Notes under the pieces: model-generated | What the model was told of the DNA's origin: nothing | Seen by the model: the letters and a program-made list of their open reading frames with translations, nothing else | Database searches by the model: none | Shown here: positions 17,771 through 26,915 of the stretch, piece after piece | How positions within the stretch are numbered: the first letter of the stretch is position 1 | Layout of the letters: each line of letters opens with the position of its first letter | Assembly (NCBI GenBank): GCA_031256725.1 | Contig: JAIRQE010000019.1 | Location: 128,830-160,829, forward strand | Source: Propionibacteriaceae bacterium | GTDB lineage: Bacteria; Actinomycetota; Actinomycetes; Propionibacteriales; Propionibacteriaceae | Direction of reading: 5' to 3' | DNA: 32,000 nucleotides | Program-made: the position numbers and the translations under genes

Positions 17771-18907
17771 ATGGATTTCGCACTCAACGATGAACAACAG
17801 CTATTCGTCGAAAACTTCCGGGAACTCATGGAGCGAGAAAATTGGGAACCTTACTTCGCCGAATGCGACAAGACCCACACCTATCCCGAGCGTTGGGTGA
17901 AGGCCCTATGCGAATTAGGCTTCGATCAGATCATGCTCCCCGAAGAGCACGGCGGCCTCGACCTTGGCCTGGTCACACTGATGTCTGTGTACGAAGAACT
18001 CGGACGCCTCGGCGGCCCGACGTACATCCTCTACCAGCTCCCCTGCTTCGACACCATCCTGCGTGAAGGTACCCAAGAACAGATCAACAAGATCATGGCC
18101 TATGTTGGCACAGGCAAGCAGATCTGGAATAGCGCATGTACTGAGCCTGGTGCTGGCTCTGATGTGGGCAGCCTCCAAACCACCTACACCCGCAAGAATG
18201 GCAAGATCTACCTCAACGGACACAAGACCTTTATCACTTCTTCAGCGAAGGTGCCCTTCCTCGTCGTGATGGCTCGCGATTCCGAGAACTATGACACCTT
18301 CACAGAGTTCTTCTTGGATATGAGCCTCCCAGGCATCAAGATCGAGCCCCTGGAGAAACTGGGTCTGCGCATGGATTCCTGCTCCGATGTCTACCTCGAC
18401 AATGTTGAACTTGATGAGTCCGACATCTTTGGTACAGAGGGCAATGGCTTCAGGCGTGGTATCGGCGACTTCGATCTTGAGCGTTTCCTTGTCGGAGCCA
18501 GCGACTACAGCTCAGCTCTGTGCGCCTTTGAGGATGCAGCCAAGTACGCCAATGTACGCGTCCAGTTCGGTAAGACGATCGGTCGCTTCCAGTTGAACCA
18601 ACTGAAGTTTGCCGAGATGGCAATCAAGCTCAAGGCCATGAAGTACATGCTCTACGAAGCAGCATGGTCCTTCGATCAAGGCGAGATGACCTCTGCTCAG
18701 GCAGCGATGTGTAAGTACTACGGCGCTAATGCTTCCGCAGCAGTCGTTGACGCTGCCATGCAGGTGATGGCTGGTGTTGCTGTTGCTGGCGACCACAGGA
18801 TCCAGCGCATCTGGCGTGATCTTCGCGTTGATCGTGTCTCCGGTGGTACCGACGAGATGATGATCCTCACCCTCGCCAAGGGTGTCCTCAGAGAATACGC
18901 AGCCTAA
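17771..18907 (+). CDS. caiA: Acyl-CoA dehydrogenase family protein, CaiA-like (crotonobetainyl-CoA reductase type)
   Basis: [33 protein letters not shown]..., [35 protein letters not shown] and [23 protein letters not shown] parallel E. coli CaiA block for block (from memory). AAGGAG RBS. Confidence 0.85.
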   Translation: MDFALNDEQQLFVENFRELMERENWEPYFAECDKTHTYPERWVKALCELGFDQIMLPEEHGGLDLGLVTLMSVYEELGRLGGPTYILYQLPCFDTILREGTQEQINKIMAYVGTGKQIWNSACTEPGAGSDVGSLQTTYTRKNGKIYLNGHKTFITSSAKVPFLVVMARDSENYDTFTEFFLDMSLPGIKIEPLEKLGLRMDSCSDVYLDNVELDESDIFGTEGNGFRRGIGDFDLERFLVGASDYSSALCAFEDAAKYANVRVQFGKTIGRFQLNQLKFAEMAIKLKAMKYMLYEAAWSFDQGEMTSAQAAMCKYYGANASAAVVDAAMQVMAGVAVAGDHRIQRIWRDLRVDRVSGGTDEMMILTLAKGVLREYAA

Positions 18908-18917
18908 GGAGTTCGCC

Positions 18918-20129
18918 ATGACACTGCCAACACAGAAACCGTCTTTTGGCCCCCTTGACGACGTACGCGTGGTCTATGCAGCCGTAGAACTGGCTGTACC
19001 CAGGGCTTGCTGCCTCATGGCTGAATGGGGTGCAGATGTTACCTGGATCGAGAACACTGGCGCGGGTGACACCATCCGCGACACCGCTTATATTAAGCAG
19101 GCTGAACGCCGTAACCAGCGTTCTGTTGCCCTCAACTATTTCAGCGAAGAGGGTACGGAAGTCCTGCTGAAGATGTTGGAGAATGCGGATGTTTTCATCG
19201 AATCCAGCAAGGGTGGTACCTTCGCAAAGCGCGGAATCACAGATGAGATGCTCTGGGAACACAACCCTAACTTGGTGATCGTCCACGTCTCCGGTTTCGG
19301 CCAAAAGGGTGTACAAGACATGGTCACTCGCGCGGCCTATGACCTCACGGTGATGGCCTATTCGGGGTACATGAGCCAAAACGGCACACCCGAGCAGCCC
19401 ATGAATCCTGGGCCCTACACCGGTGACTACATCAACTCTTTGATGATCCTGTCCTCGACCTTGGCTGCTCTGCATAAGGTGAAGATCACTGGTCAAGGCG
19501 AATCCATCGACCTTGCTATGTTCGAATCCCTGCTCGCCATCGGTCAGTACTATCTCGTTGACTATCTCAACGCGGGAATCATCTGGCCTCGCCCAGGACC
19601 ACGAAACCAGAACCTGTGCGCTATCGGTGAATACCGCTGCTCAGATGGATTCATTGGCCTGTGTGTCTATGGGGTCACCCAGAATAAGTACCTCCTGGAA
19701 GCTATTGGACTGGGAGACCTCTGGGGTAGCGATGACTACCCAGAAGACACCTCGGCCCTATGGCTATCCAGCCCAAAGGCCGAACTCATCGAAGCCAAAC
19801 TCGAAGAGTACCTCTCCACACGGACAGTCGCTGAGGTTGAGAAGGACTTTGCCGCTAACCGAATCGCAGCACAGAAGGTGATGGAGTTCCCTGATCTGGT
19901 TGCTGATGATCATATGAAGGCACGCGACGTCTGGATGGACTGGACCACCGCTGATGGCGAAGAGTTCCACGGCCTTGGTGTCTTCCCGAAGTTCGAGAAG
20001 AACCCTGGTGGAATGTGGCGCCCCATGCCGGCCCAAGGATACGACACCGAGGATGTTCTGCGTCGCATCGGTTACACAGATGAACAAATCGAGCATTTCG
20101 TCGCCACAGGCGTTGCTCTACAGGCATAA
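18918..20129 (+). CDS. caiB: Family III CoA-transferase, CaiB-like (carnitine/gamma-butyrobetainyl-CoA transferase type)
   Basis: FGPLDDVRVVYAAVELAVP...AEWGADVTWIEN, GESIDLAMFESLL and NPGGMWRPMPAQGYDTEDVL resemble CaiB. Start set to ATG 18918 (AAGGA RBS, 10 nt after the caiA stop) rather than ORF-track 18882. Confidence 0.85.
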   Translation: MTLPTQKPSFGPLDDVRVVYAAVELAVPRACCLMAEWGADVTWIENTGAGDTIRDTAYIKQAERRNQRSVALNYFSEEGTEVLLKMLENADVFIESSKGGTFAKRGITDEMLWEHNPNLVIVHVSGFGQKGVQDMVTRAAYDLTVMAYSGYMSQNGTPEQPMNPGPYTGDYINSLMILSSTLAALHKVKITGQGESIDLAMFESLLAIGQYYLVDYLNAGIIWPRPGPRNQNLCAIGEYRCSDGFIGLCVYGVTQNKYLLEAIGLGDLWGSDDYPEDTSALWLSSPKAELIEAKLEEYLSTRTVAEVEKDFAANRIAAQKVMEFPDLVADDHMKARDVWMDWTTADGEEFHGLGVFPKFEKNPGGMWRPMPAQGYDTEDVLRRIGYTDEQIEHFVATGVALQA

Positions 20130-20145
20130 GAAACAAGGAGAAAAA

Positions 20146-20892
20146 ATGAAGATAGTTGCCTCGTTCAAAGTCTCTCCCGAGACCCAAGATATTCAGACCC
20201 GTCCTGATCGCAGTCTCAACCTTGAACGCGCACAGTGGAAGGTTGGCACCTATGACCTCAATGCTATTGAGGCCGCACGCCAACTCGCTGATGAGGTCGG
20301 TGGTACGGTCGTCGGTCTTAGTGCTGGTGGATCAGCCCTCGAGAATGCAAAACTCACCAAGGATGCCCTCTCTCGTGGACTCGACGAATTAGTCACCGTG
20401 GTTGATGAAAACCTCGTGGGTTCTGAGAGTTATCAAACTGCATCAGTCCTGGCCGAGTCCCTCACTGAAATCGGTGACGTGGATCTGGTTCTCGTAGGTG
20501 CTGGTTCCTCAGATGAGTACACCCAGCAGGTTGGAAACCACCTGGGTCAGATCCTGGGATGGCCCACACTCAATGCCATCGAGACTATCGAAGCTGAGGG
20601 TGACCATCTCAAGGTCGAAAGAGTCCTCGAAGATGGCGTCCAAGTCATTGAGGTCCAGCTCCCCGCTGTACTCTCGCTGACCTCTGGCGCAAACACTCCA
20701 AGGATCGCTGGAATGAAAGACATCCTGGCGGCAGGCAAGAAGCCGGTCACCTCGGTTGCTGCTGGTGTACTCCCCTCACCAACAGCCACCCCAGTCTCCC
20801 AGCTTGCTCCCGAGCAAGTTGACCGTCGCCAGATCATCCTCGAAGGCGTGGACGCAGCTGCGGAACTCGCCATCCACCTCAAAGCACTCTAA
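20146..20892 (+). CDS. fixA: Electron-transfer flavoprotein beta subunit, FixA-like
   Basis: MKIVASFKVSPETQDI...YDLNAIEAARQLADE...LPAVLSLTSGANTPRIAGMKDILAAGKKP matches the FixA/EtfB pattern. Start trimmed to ATG 20146 (AAGGAG RBS). Confidence 0.88.
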   Translation: MKIVASFKVSPETQDIQTRPDRSLNLERAQWKVGTYDLNAIEAARQLADEVGGTVVGLSAGGSALENAKLTKDALSRGLDELVTVVDENLVGSESYQTASVLAESLTEIGDVDLVLVGAGSSDEYTQQVGNHLGQILGWPTLNAIETIEAEGDHLKVERVLEDGVQVIEVQLPAVLSLTSGANTPRIAGMKDILAAGKKPVTSVAAGVLPSPTATPVSQLAPEQVDRRQIILEGVDAAAELAIHLKAL

Positions 20893-20901
20893 GGAAGAAC
20901 C

Positions 20902-21795
20902 ATGACAAAGATATGGGTTATTGCACATGATGACACTGTTGCCGCGGATCTTGTCCGCAGCGCGCGAGGATTGGGCTCCTATGTGGGCACAGTCTGCATA
21001 GGCGGTCACGCGGTACCAGGTGCCGATCTGACACTGACAGCACCACAAATACCCGAGACTCTCATTGAAGGCTACTCTTCAGCCATTGCTGAGGTTGTCA
21101 AGGATGGCGACCTGGTTATCTTCAGTACAGACACACAGTCCCGCCTTCTTGCTGGGCTGGTCGCCTCCACACTGAAGACCTCTGTACGCAACATCACCTC
21201 GATCTCGGCTGAGGGTGATACCTTCACCATCACGAGGCCTTTGTACGGTGGTTTGGCTGTGGTAACGGAAACCCTGGGTAGTGGGGCATCTGTACTCGTT
21301 GTCGGACCTGGTGCTCTACCTGAGTATGAAGGCGACCTTCCTTCTGGAGAGGTCAAGGACCTTGAAGGTACGCCGTCCACGCCCGGATTGAAAGTTGTTG
21401 AAACCCGAACCAAGCAGGTCCAGGCAGTCAACCTTGCTGCCGCAAAGCGTGTGATTGGTGTGGGCCGCGGATTCGCCCAGGAAGCAGACCTTGAGATGGC
21501 TCGCGAACTCGCAGCCAAACTCGGTGGTGAACTCGCCTGCAGCCGTCCTATGGCTGAGGGTGTGAACTGGATGCCAGTCGAATGCTACCTCGGAGTCTCC
21601 GGGGCAACCATTAGGCCCGACCTCTACCTCGCCATCGGTATCTCTGGTCAGATCCAGCACATGGTTGGCGTCAACAGATCCAAGGTGATCGTCGCCATCA
21701 ACAAGGACAAGAACGCACCGATCTTCACCCATGCCGATTACGGCGTTGTGGGGGATCTCTACGATGTTCTTCCTGCTCTGATCCAGGCACTATAA
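20902..21795 (+). CDS. fixB: Electron-transfer flavoprotein alpha subunit, FixB-like
   Basis: C-terminal FAD-binding block ELACSRPMAEGVNWMPVECYLGVSGATIRPDLYLAIGISGQIQHMVGVNRSKVIVAINKDKNAPIFTHADYGVVGDL. Confidence 0.9.
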   Translation: MTKIWVIAHDDTVAADLVRSARGLGSYVGTVCIGGHAVPGADLTLTAPQIPETLIEGYSSAIAEVVKDGDLVIFSTDTQSRLLAGLVASTLKTSVRNITSISAEGDTFTITRPLYGGLAVVTETLGSGASVLVVGPGALPEYEGDLPSGEVKDLEGTPSTPGLKVVETRTKQVQAVNLAAAKRVIGVGRGFAQEADLEMARELAAKLGGELACSRPMAEGVNWMPVECYLGVSGATIRPDLYLAIGISGQIQHMVGVNRSKVIVAINKDKNAPIFTHADYGVVGDLYDVLPALIQAL

Positions 21796-21809
21796 AGGAA
21801 GTCATAACC

Positions 21810-23399
21810 ATGGTGGACATTGTTGGTACGACCACATTCCCACAGATGTGGGATGCGGCTGTACGCTGTGCAGGAGACCGAGTCTTCTTGGCCTTCCTGC
21901 ACAGTGATGGTACTCGCCTCGAGTTCACTTATCGAGAATTCGACAAGGTTGTATCACGAACCGTTTCTCATCTGTCCCATCTAGGGATAGGTCACGGCTC
22001 GATGGTCGCTATGCAACTATGCAACTCCCCATGGTTCATATCCTGCCTTATCGGCATCACAAAGCTCGGAGCCATCGCGGTACCAGTAGGCCCAGGTGCT
22101 ACTGGTACCGAGTTGGCCGGGATCTATGCCACCTGTGATGCCCAATGGGCCATCGTCGAGTCCATTCACGTGGACACCCACAAAGAATTACGCTTTCAAG
22201 GATTGATTCGCCACGGAATCATCTGCGTGGATGATCTCGTATCTAACGTGTCAGGGGACGCATATTGTGACACCTCAATTCCTGTAGTGATTGGGGTGTC
22301 ACAATATGCGTCCCCTGACGCTCCGCCCCCTGACACTAGACCAAACACAGGACCAACCAGTGATGACATTGCGGAGGTGATGTTCACCTCGGGCACAACC
22401 GCAGCACCTAAGGGTGTGCTGGTTACCCATGCCAACTTGGTCTACTCAGCTCATGTTGCCACCTGGCAGGCATCGCTGCGACCAGATGATCGTATCTTCA
22501 CGACCATGCCAGCCTGCCACTCCAACTTCCAACTGGTGGCATTAACGGGCGCGATTCTTTCAGGAGCCCGACTGGTCCTTTCCGAGAAGTACTCTGCTAG
22601 CCGCTTCTGGTCCCAGATACGCACCGAAAAGGCAACAGTGATCCAACTGACTGCCATGATGGCTCGTACCCTCCTTCTTCAACCATCGAGTGAAGACGAC
22701 TCCACCCACAATGTGCGGGAGACCTTGTACTTCATGCCTTTGCCTGATGCCGACAAACTGGAGTTTGAGAAGCGCTTCGGCGTGAGGTTCATGAACTCCT
22801 ATGGGTCGACCGAATCCATCTGCTGGGCGCTCACAGACCCACCTGTCGGGGAACGCAAGTGGCCTTCGGTGGGCCGTCCTGCTCTCGGGTACGAGGTCTC
22901 TATTGTGAGCCCTGAGGGTGACCATCTTCCAGCGGGGAGTCTTGGAGAGATCTGGGTGAAAGGTGTCCCCGGTCGTACCCTCATGAAAGGCTACCTGGGC
23001 AACGACCAGGCTACACATGCAGCCTTGACTGAGGACGGCTGGCTGCGTACCTCTGACACCGGATATTACGACGAACAAGGCTGGTTCTATTTCGTGGATC
23101 GGGCCCGCAACCTCATCAAACGTGGAGGCGAGAATATCTCAGCAACAGAGATTGAGACCCTACTCAACTCCCATCCCCTCATCAAAGAGGCCGCCGTGAT
23201 CGGTGTACCCGATCCTGTACGAGACCAAGCAGTGAAAGCCTTTATTCAGCCTGAGTCTGATGCTGAACTGGATACAGCGGATGTCGCATCATTTTGTTCC
23301 ATGCATCTCGCCAGTTTCAAAGTCCCCCAAATAATCGAGTTCGTGGAGGACTTTCCACGAACCGCCTCAATGAAAATCGAGAAGAGATCCCTGAGCTAA
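21810..23399 (+). CDS. caiC: AMP-forming acyl-CoA synthetase/ligase, CaiC-like
   Basis: Adenylate-forming motifs FTSGTTAAPKGV, SYGSTE, TSDTGYYDEQGWFYFVDRARNLIKRGGENIS and PRTASMKIEKRSL. The N-terminus MVDIVGTTTFPQMWD parallels E. coli CaiC MDIIGGQHLRQMWD (from memory). Confidence 0.85.
   Translation: MVDIVGTTTFPQMWDAAVRCAGDRVFLAFLHSDGTRLEFTYREFDKVVSRTVSHLSHLGIGHGSMVAMQLCNSPWFISCLIGITKLGAIAVPVGPGATGTELAGIYATCDAQWAIVESIHVDTHKELRFQGLIRHGIICVDDLVSNVSGDAYCDTSIPVVIGVSQYASPDAPPPDTRPNTGPTSDDIAEVMFTSGTTAAPKGVLVTHANLVYSAHVATWQASLRPDDRIFTTMPACHSNFQLVALTGAILSGARLVLSEKYSASRFWSQIRTEKATVIQLTAMMARTLLLQPSSEDDSTHNVRETLYFMPLPDADKLEFEKRFGVRFMNSYGSTESICWALTDPPVGERKWPSVGRPALGYEVSIVSPEGDHLPAGSLGEIWVKGVPGRTLMKGYLGNDQATHAALTEDGWLRTSDTGYYDEQGWFYFVDRARNLIKRGGENISATEIETLLNSHPLIKEAAVIGVPDPVRDQAVKAFIQPESDAELDTADVASFCSMHLASFKVPQIIEFVEDFPRTASMKIEKRSLS
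22250..22319. repeat. 70-nt near-perfect palindrome (25-bp perfect arms, extendable to about 30 bp) embedded in frame in the caiC-like CDS
   Basis: Left arm GTCAGGGGACGCATATTGTGACACC (22250-22274) is the exact reverse complement of 22295-22319. The inner CAAT/ATTG pairs extend the stem after one T/G position, leaving an 8-10 nt loop. The encoded peptide is SGDAYCDTSIPVVIGVSQYASPD. Confidence 0.9.
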
Positions 23400-23417
23400 C
23401 AAGGAAAGGAATATGCA

Positions 23418-24290
23418 ATGGGTAATATCAATACAGAGATGGTCGGACAGACCTTTGGACCCTTCATTAGGGAGTACACCTTCCGCGATCTGGAGTTGTT
23501 CGCACTCGGGTGCGGCGCTGGGATCGACGGCAAACAGGACCTCATCTATATCAATGAACACGATGAGCGTGATCCGAAGCTTCAGGTACTCCCCATGTAT
23601 GCCGCGATGCTCATCGTTGATTCTGCGGTGACACGCACCATCGACTATGGCTACAACTATGCTGGCTCCCTGCACTGGGGTTTCGACCTGCGTATCCATC
23701 AGCCCATCACGAAGATGGCCGACCGTCTTGAGACGAAGGTACGCCTTGAGGGGCTGTACGACCGTGGCGAAGGCCGTGGACTGCTTGCCCAGCACATTGG
23801 TGACACCTTCGATTCTGAAGGCAACCTGTTGTGTACTAACGAATCATGGGACTGCCTGATCTATGACGGCGGTTGGGGTGGACCCACACCACCTAAGGAT
23901 GTTGTGGACATGCCTGATCGCGATCCAGATCACATCGTCACCGAGACGATCCCCTTCAACCAGGCTCTGATCTATCGCCTCTCGGGCGATTACCACCCCC
24001 AGCACATCGACTGGGACTATGCAGCCCAGAATAATGAGCCTCGTCCGATCCTTCATGCGATCAGCTATGCCGGTGTTGTGATGCGTCACGCCATCTCGAC
24101 CTTCATCCCTGATCAGCCGGAGCGCTTGACGAGGTTCAAGACCCGAATCACCTCACCAGTACACCCGGGTGCCACCCTGGCCACCCACCTGTGGAAGGTC
24201 AGTGACACTGAGGCGCGTTTCATGCTTGTCGAAGCTAATGATCCTCAAGCAAAACCGCACCTCAACTGGGGAATCATCGAGTGGAGCTAA
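23418..24290 (+). CDS. MaoC-like double-hotdog (R)-hydratase/dehydratase
   Basis: 290 aa, about twice a single hotdog domain. A hydratase-2-like motif, YRLSGDYHPQHID (canonical SGDxNPxH), keeps the Asp and His, with Asn replaced by His. RBS AAGGAAAGGA. Confidence 0.75.
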   Translation: MGNINTEMVGQTFGPFIREYTFRDLELFALGCGAGIDGKQDLIYINEHDERDPKLQVLPMYAAMLIVDSAVTRTIDYGYNYAGSLHWGFDLRIHQPITKMADRLETKVRLEGLYDRGEGRGLLAQHIGDTFDSEGNLLCTNESWDCLIYDGGWGGPTPPKDVVDMPDRDPDHIVTETIPFNQALIYRLSGDYHPQHIDWDYAAQNNEPRPILHAISYAGVVMRHAISTFIPDQPERLTRFKTRITSPVHPGATLATHLWKVSDTEARFMLVEANDPQAKPHLNWGIIEWS

Positions 24291-24294
24291 CCCC

Positions 24295-25623
24295 ATGAGT
24301 ACCACCAAGAGCCACGTCATTGATGACGCCGTCATGAACCGTTTCCTGGTTAAGGTCACGGTCTTCTCCTCAGGAGGTTCCTTCCTGGACGGGTACGTAC
24401 TGTCGATCATTGGCGTGGCCTTGGTTGGTCTCACCACATCCCTAAATCTGACCACCTCAGATGCTGCCTTCATTGGCGCAGCCTCACTGGCCGGCATCTT
24501 CTTTGGAGCAATTGTTGGTGGACGTTTGACAGATGCCTTCGGGCGCCGGCTAATGTTCCTTCTCGATGTGTCGCTCATCGGAATCGTCTCAATCGCCTGC
24601 ATCTTCGTAGAGGCACCCTGGCAGTTGATCGTCTTAAGATTCCTGATTGGGTTCTTTATCGGCGCCGATTACCCTATTGCCACCTCGCTGATTGTTGAAT
24701 TCGTACCACGCAAACATCGCGCCATCGGAATGGGAATCGTCTCAGCGTCATGGTACCTCGGTGCAACAGTTGCTGCCTTTGTTGGGTACCTCCTTTACCA
24801 CGTCCCCAACGGATGGCAGTGGATGTTCGCATCCTCCGTCATCCCCTGTATCGCCCTGCTCATTGGTCGACACGATATTCCCGAATCACCACGCTGGCTT
24901 GCACAACGCGGACGTGTAGAGAAGGCGCGCGCGGTCATGAAGAAGGTCTACGGTCAGGAGGTGGATCTTGAAGACGAGATCCCCACCACCAACCTCGGCT
25001 TTAAGCAGGTTTTCACACATGGGTACCTTGGGCGCATCATCTTCTTGGGGATCCTCATTTTGTGTCAGGTGGTGCCGATGTACGCGATGTACACTTTCGG
25101 GCCACGGATCATGGCATCCTTTGGTCTCGCTGAAGGCTCATTATCCATCCTCGGCGAAACAGTGGTCTCCCTCTTCTTCCTCATTGGCTCCATCCCAGCG
25201 ATGTTCTGGTTAAACTCCCTGGGACGACGCCCCCTACTCATCGGCTCTCTTGGACTCATGGCTGTGGGTCTGTTGATCCCCGGTATCGCTCCAGGGGCTC
25301 CGATCATCGTGATCATCATTGCTTTTGGACTCTATGCCTTCTTCTCTGGTGGACCTGGGATCCTCCAGTGGTTGTACCCCAATGAGCTCTTCCCAACTGA
25401 GGCCCGCGCAACTGCGGTTGGTGTGGCCATCGCGATCAGCCGTATAGGTGTGGTCGCCTCAACGTACGGATTACCTCTCTTCCTCGAATCCTATGGAATC
25501 GGCCCAACGATGTTGATTGGTGCTGGGCTTCTCCTGATTGCCCTCGTCATGTCGATATTCATGGCTCCCGAAACCCGAGGGATGACGCTATCCGAAGCAA
25601 GTTCACTTCATACGAAAGGATGA
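24295..25623 (+). CDS. yaaU: MFS transporter, sugar-porter/metabolite:H+ symporter type, YaaU-like
   Basis: Motifs GRLTDAFGRRLMF, IPESPRWLAQRGRVEKA, GADYPIATS and PETRGMTL. By eye it is collinear with E. coli YaaU as I recall it. Start trimmed to ATG 24295, 4 nt after the MaoC stop. Confidence 0.82.
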   Translation: MSTTKSHVIDDAVMNRFLVKVTVFSSGGSFLDGYVLSIIGVALVGLTTSLNLTTSDAAFIGAASLAGIFFGAIVGGRLTDAFGRRLMFLLDVSLIGIVSIACIFVEAPWQLIVLRFLIGFFIGADYPIATSLIVEFVPRKHRAIGMGIVSASWYLGATVAAFVGYLLYHVPNGWQWMFASSVIPCIALLIGRHDIPESPRWLAQRGRVEKARAVMKKVYGQEVDLEDEIPTTNLGFKQVFTHGYLGRIIFLGILILCQVVPMYAMYTFGPRIMASFGLAEGSLSILGETVVSLFFLIGSIPAMFWLNSLGRRPLLIGSLGLMAVGLLIPGIAPGAPIIVIIIAFGLYAFFSGGPGILQWLYPNELFPTEARATAVGVAIAISRIGVVASTYGLPLFLESYGIGPTMLIGAGLLLIALVMSIFMAPETRGMTLSEASSLHTKG

Positions 25624-25628
25624 TAGTA

Positions 25629-26915
25629 ATGGCTGACTTTGATGCCATTGTGGTGGGATCGGGCTGTGCGGGCCCGGTAGCTGCCCATGAATTAGCCACA
25701 CGAGGCAAGAGTGTCTTGGTGATTGAGCGAGGAAACTTCGCTGGTGCCAAGAATGTCTCAGGTGGGCGTTTGTATACCCATGCTCTGCGAGAGGTCTTCC
25801 CGAACTTCCGCGATGATGCCCCCCTGGAGCGTCGGGTGGTACGTGAAAGAATCTCGATGCTGGAACCCGAAGCGGGACTGACCATCGAGTTCTCTGATGA
25901 ACAGATGAGGGATGAATCCCAGGATTCCTACACAGTACTTCGGGCACAATTCGATCCGTGGCTAGTTTCACAAGCCGAAGCTGCTGGAGCAGAGTACATC
26001 CACGGAATCGCGGTCGAATCCCTGATCAAGGATGGAAACCGGGTCACTGGTGTCAGTGCTGGTGGGGATGAGATCAGCGCAGATGTGGTGATCCTCTGCG
26101 ATGGGGTCAACTCTCTTCTCGCCGAACAAGCAGTGGGTACTCCTCGCCCATCTCGCTCCTCAGTTGCTGTGGGAATCAAGCAGGTCATCGAATTGGATGA
26201 GCATGTCATTAATGAACGCTTCACCTGTTCATCCGATGAGGGTGCAGCCTGGCTGTTCATGGGTGATGCCACCCATGGTCACGTTGGCGGTGGCTTCCTG
26301 TACACCAATAAGAATTCGATTTCTTTGGGTCTGGTTGTCACTGTGGCAGACATGGTTGAAGCCGACACAACCATCGCTCAACTCTTGGAGGATTTCCGCC
26401 AGCATCCAGTGATTGCCCCTGTCATCGCAGGTGGTGCAGTGGTCGAACATTCTGGACATCTTGTTGCCGAGGGTGGGTACAACGCTTTGCCTACCCTGAT
26501 TGGCGATGGTGTCATGCTTGCTGGTGAATCGGCCATGATGTGTCTCAACGCCGGATATACCGTCCGTGGAATGGATCTTGCCATCGCCGCAGGGATGCAC
26601 GCCGGTCGTAGTGCAGCCACAGCCCTTGATAATGGGGACACCTCATCAAAGGGGCTTGGTTCCTATGTGAAAGCCCTCGAAGACTCCTTCGTCATCAAGG
26701 ATATGAAGACCCTGCGTCGCTTCCCGGATTTCATGGAACACACCCCCCGGATGTTCTCCACCTATCCTGAGTTGGCTTGTTCACTGGCCCGCCAGATGTT
26801 CCTCGTTGATGGTACCCCCATGAAGCCGGTACGCAAGAAGGCCTGGCCCCTACTGAAAGACGTCGGCCTATTCAACCTTCTCAAAGATGCTCGTAAAGGA
26901 GTGAAAGCGTTATGA
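25629..26915 (+). CDS. fixC: FAD-dependent ETF-quinone-type oxidoreductase, FixC-like
   Basis: FDAIVVGSGCAGPVAAHELATRGKSVLVIERGNFAGAKNVSGGRLYTH (dinucleotide fold) and GGFLYTNKNSISLGLV match FixC. AGGA lies 8 nt before ATG 25629. The alternative ATG 25620 overlaps the MFS stop (ATGA). Confidence 0.88.
   Translation: MADFDAIVVGSGCAGPVAAHELATRGKSVLVIERGNFAGAKNVSGGRLYTHALREVFPNFRDDAPLERRVVRERISMLEPEAGLTIEFSDEQMRDESQDSYTVLRAQFDPWLVSQAEAAGAEYIHGIAVESLIKDGNRVTGVSAGGDEISADVVILCDGVNSLLAEQAVGTPRPSRSSVAVGIKQVIELDEHVINERFTCSSDEGAAWLFMGDATHGHVGGGFLYTNKNSISLGLVVTVADMVEADTTIAQLLEDFRQHPVIAPVIAGGAVVEHSGHLVAEGGYNALPTLIGDGVMLAGESAMMCLNAGYTVRGMDLAIAAGMHAGRSAATALDNGDTSSKGLGSYVKALEDSFVIKDMKTLRRFPDFMEHTPRMFSTYPELACSLARQMFLVDGTPMKPVRKKAWPLLKDVGLFNLLKDARKGVKAL

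Noticed and set aside
18882-20145. Longer N-terminal extensions offered by the ORF track: caiB from 18882, fixA from 19954, the MFS from 24169, the LacI regulator from 2524, the permeases from 3237 and 4348, and the GH3 from 5709
   Set aside because: The extensions overlap the upstream genes, lack RBSs and do not resemble the families' N-termini. Internal ATGs with SD sequences and short intergenic gaps fit better.
17842-23078. Numerous internal or antisense ORFs in the cai/fix block (e.g. 18888..19496 -, 19855..20283 -, 21072..21518 -, 22560..23078 -)
   Set aside because: All overlap genes with strong family signatures on the plus strand and have skewed, low-complexity translations. They are typical shadow ORFs of moderately GC-rich DNA.
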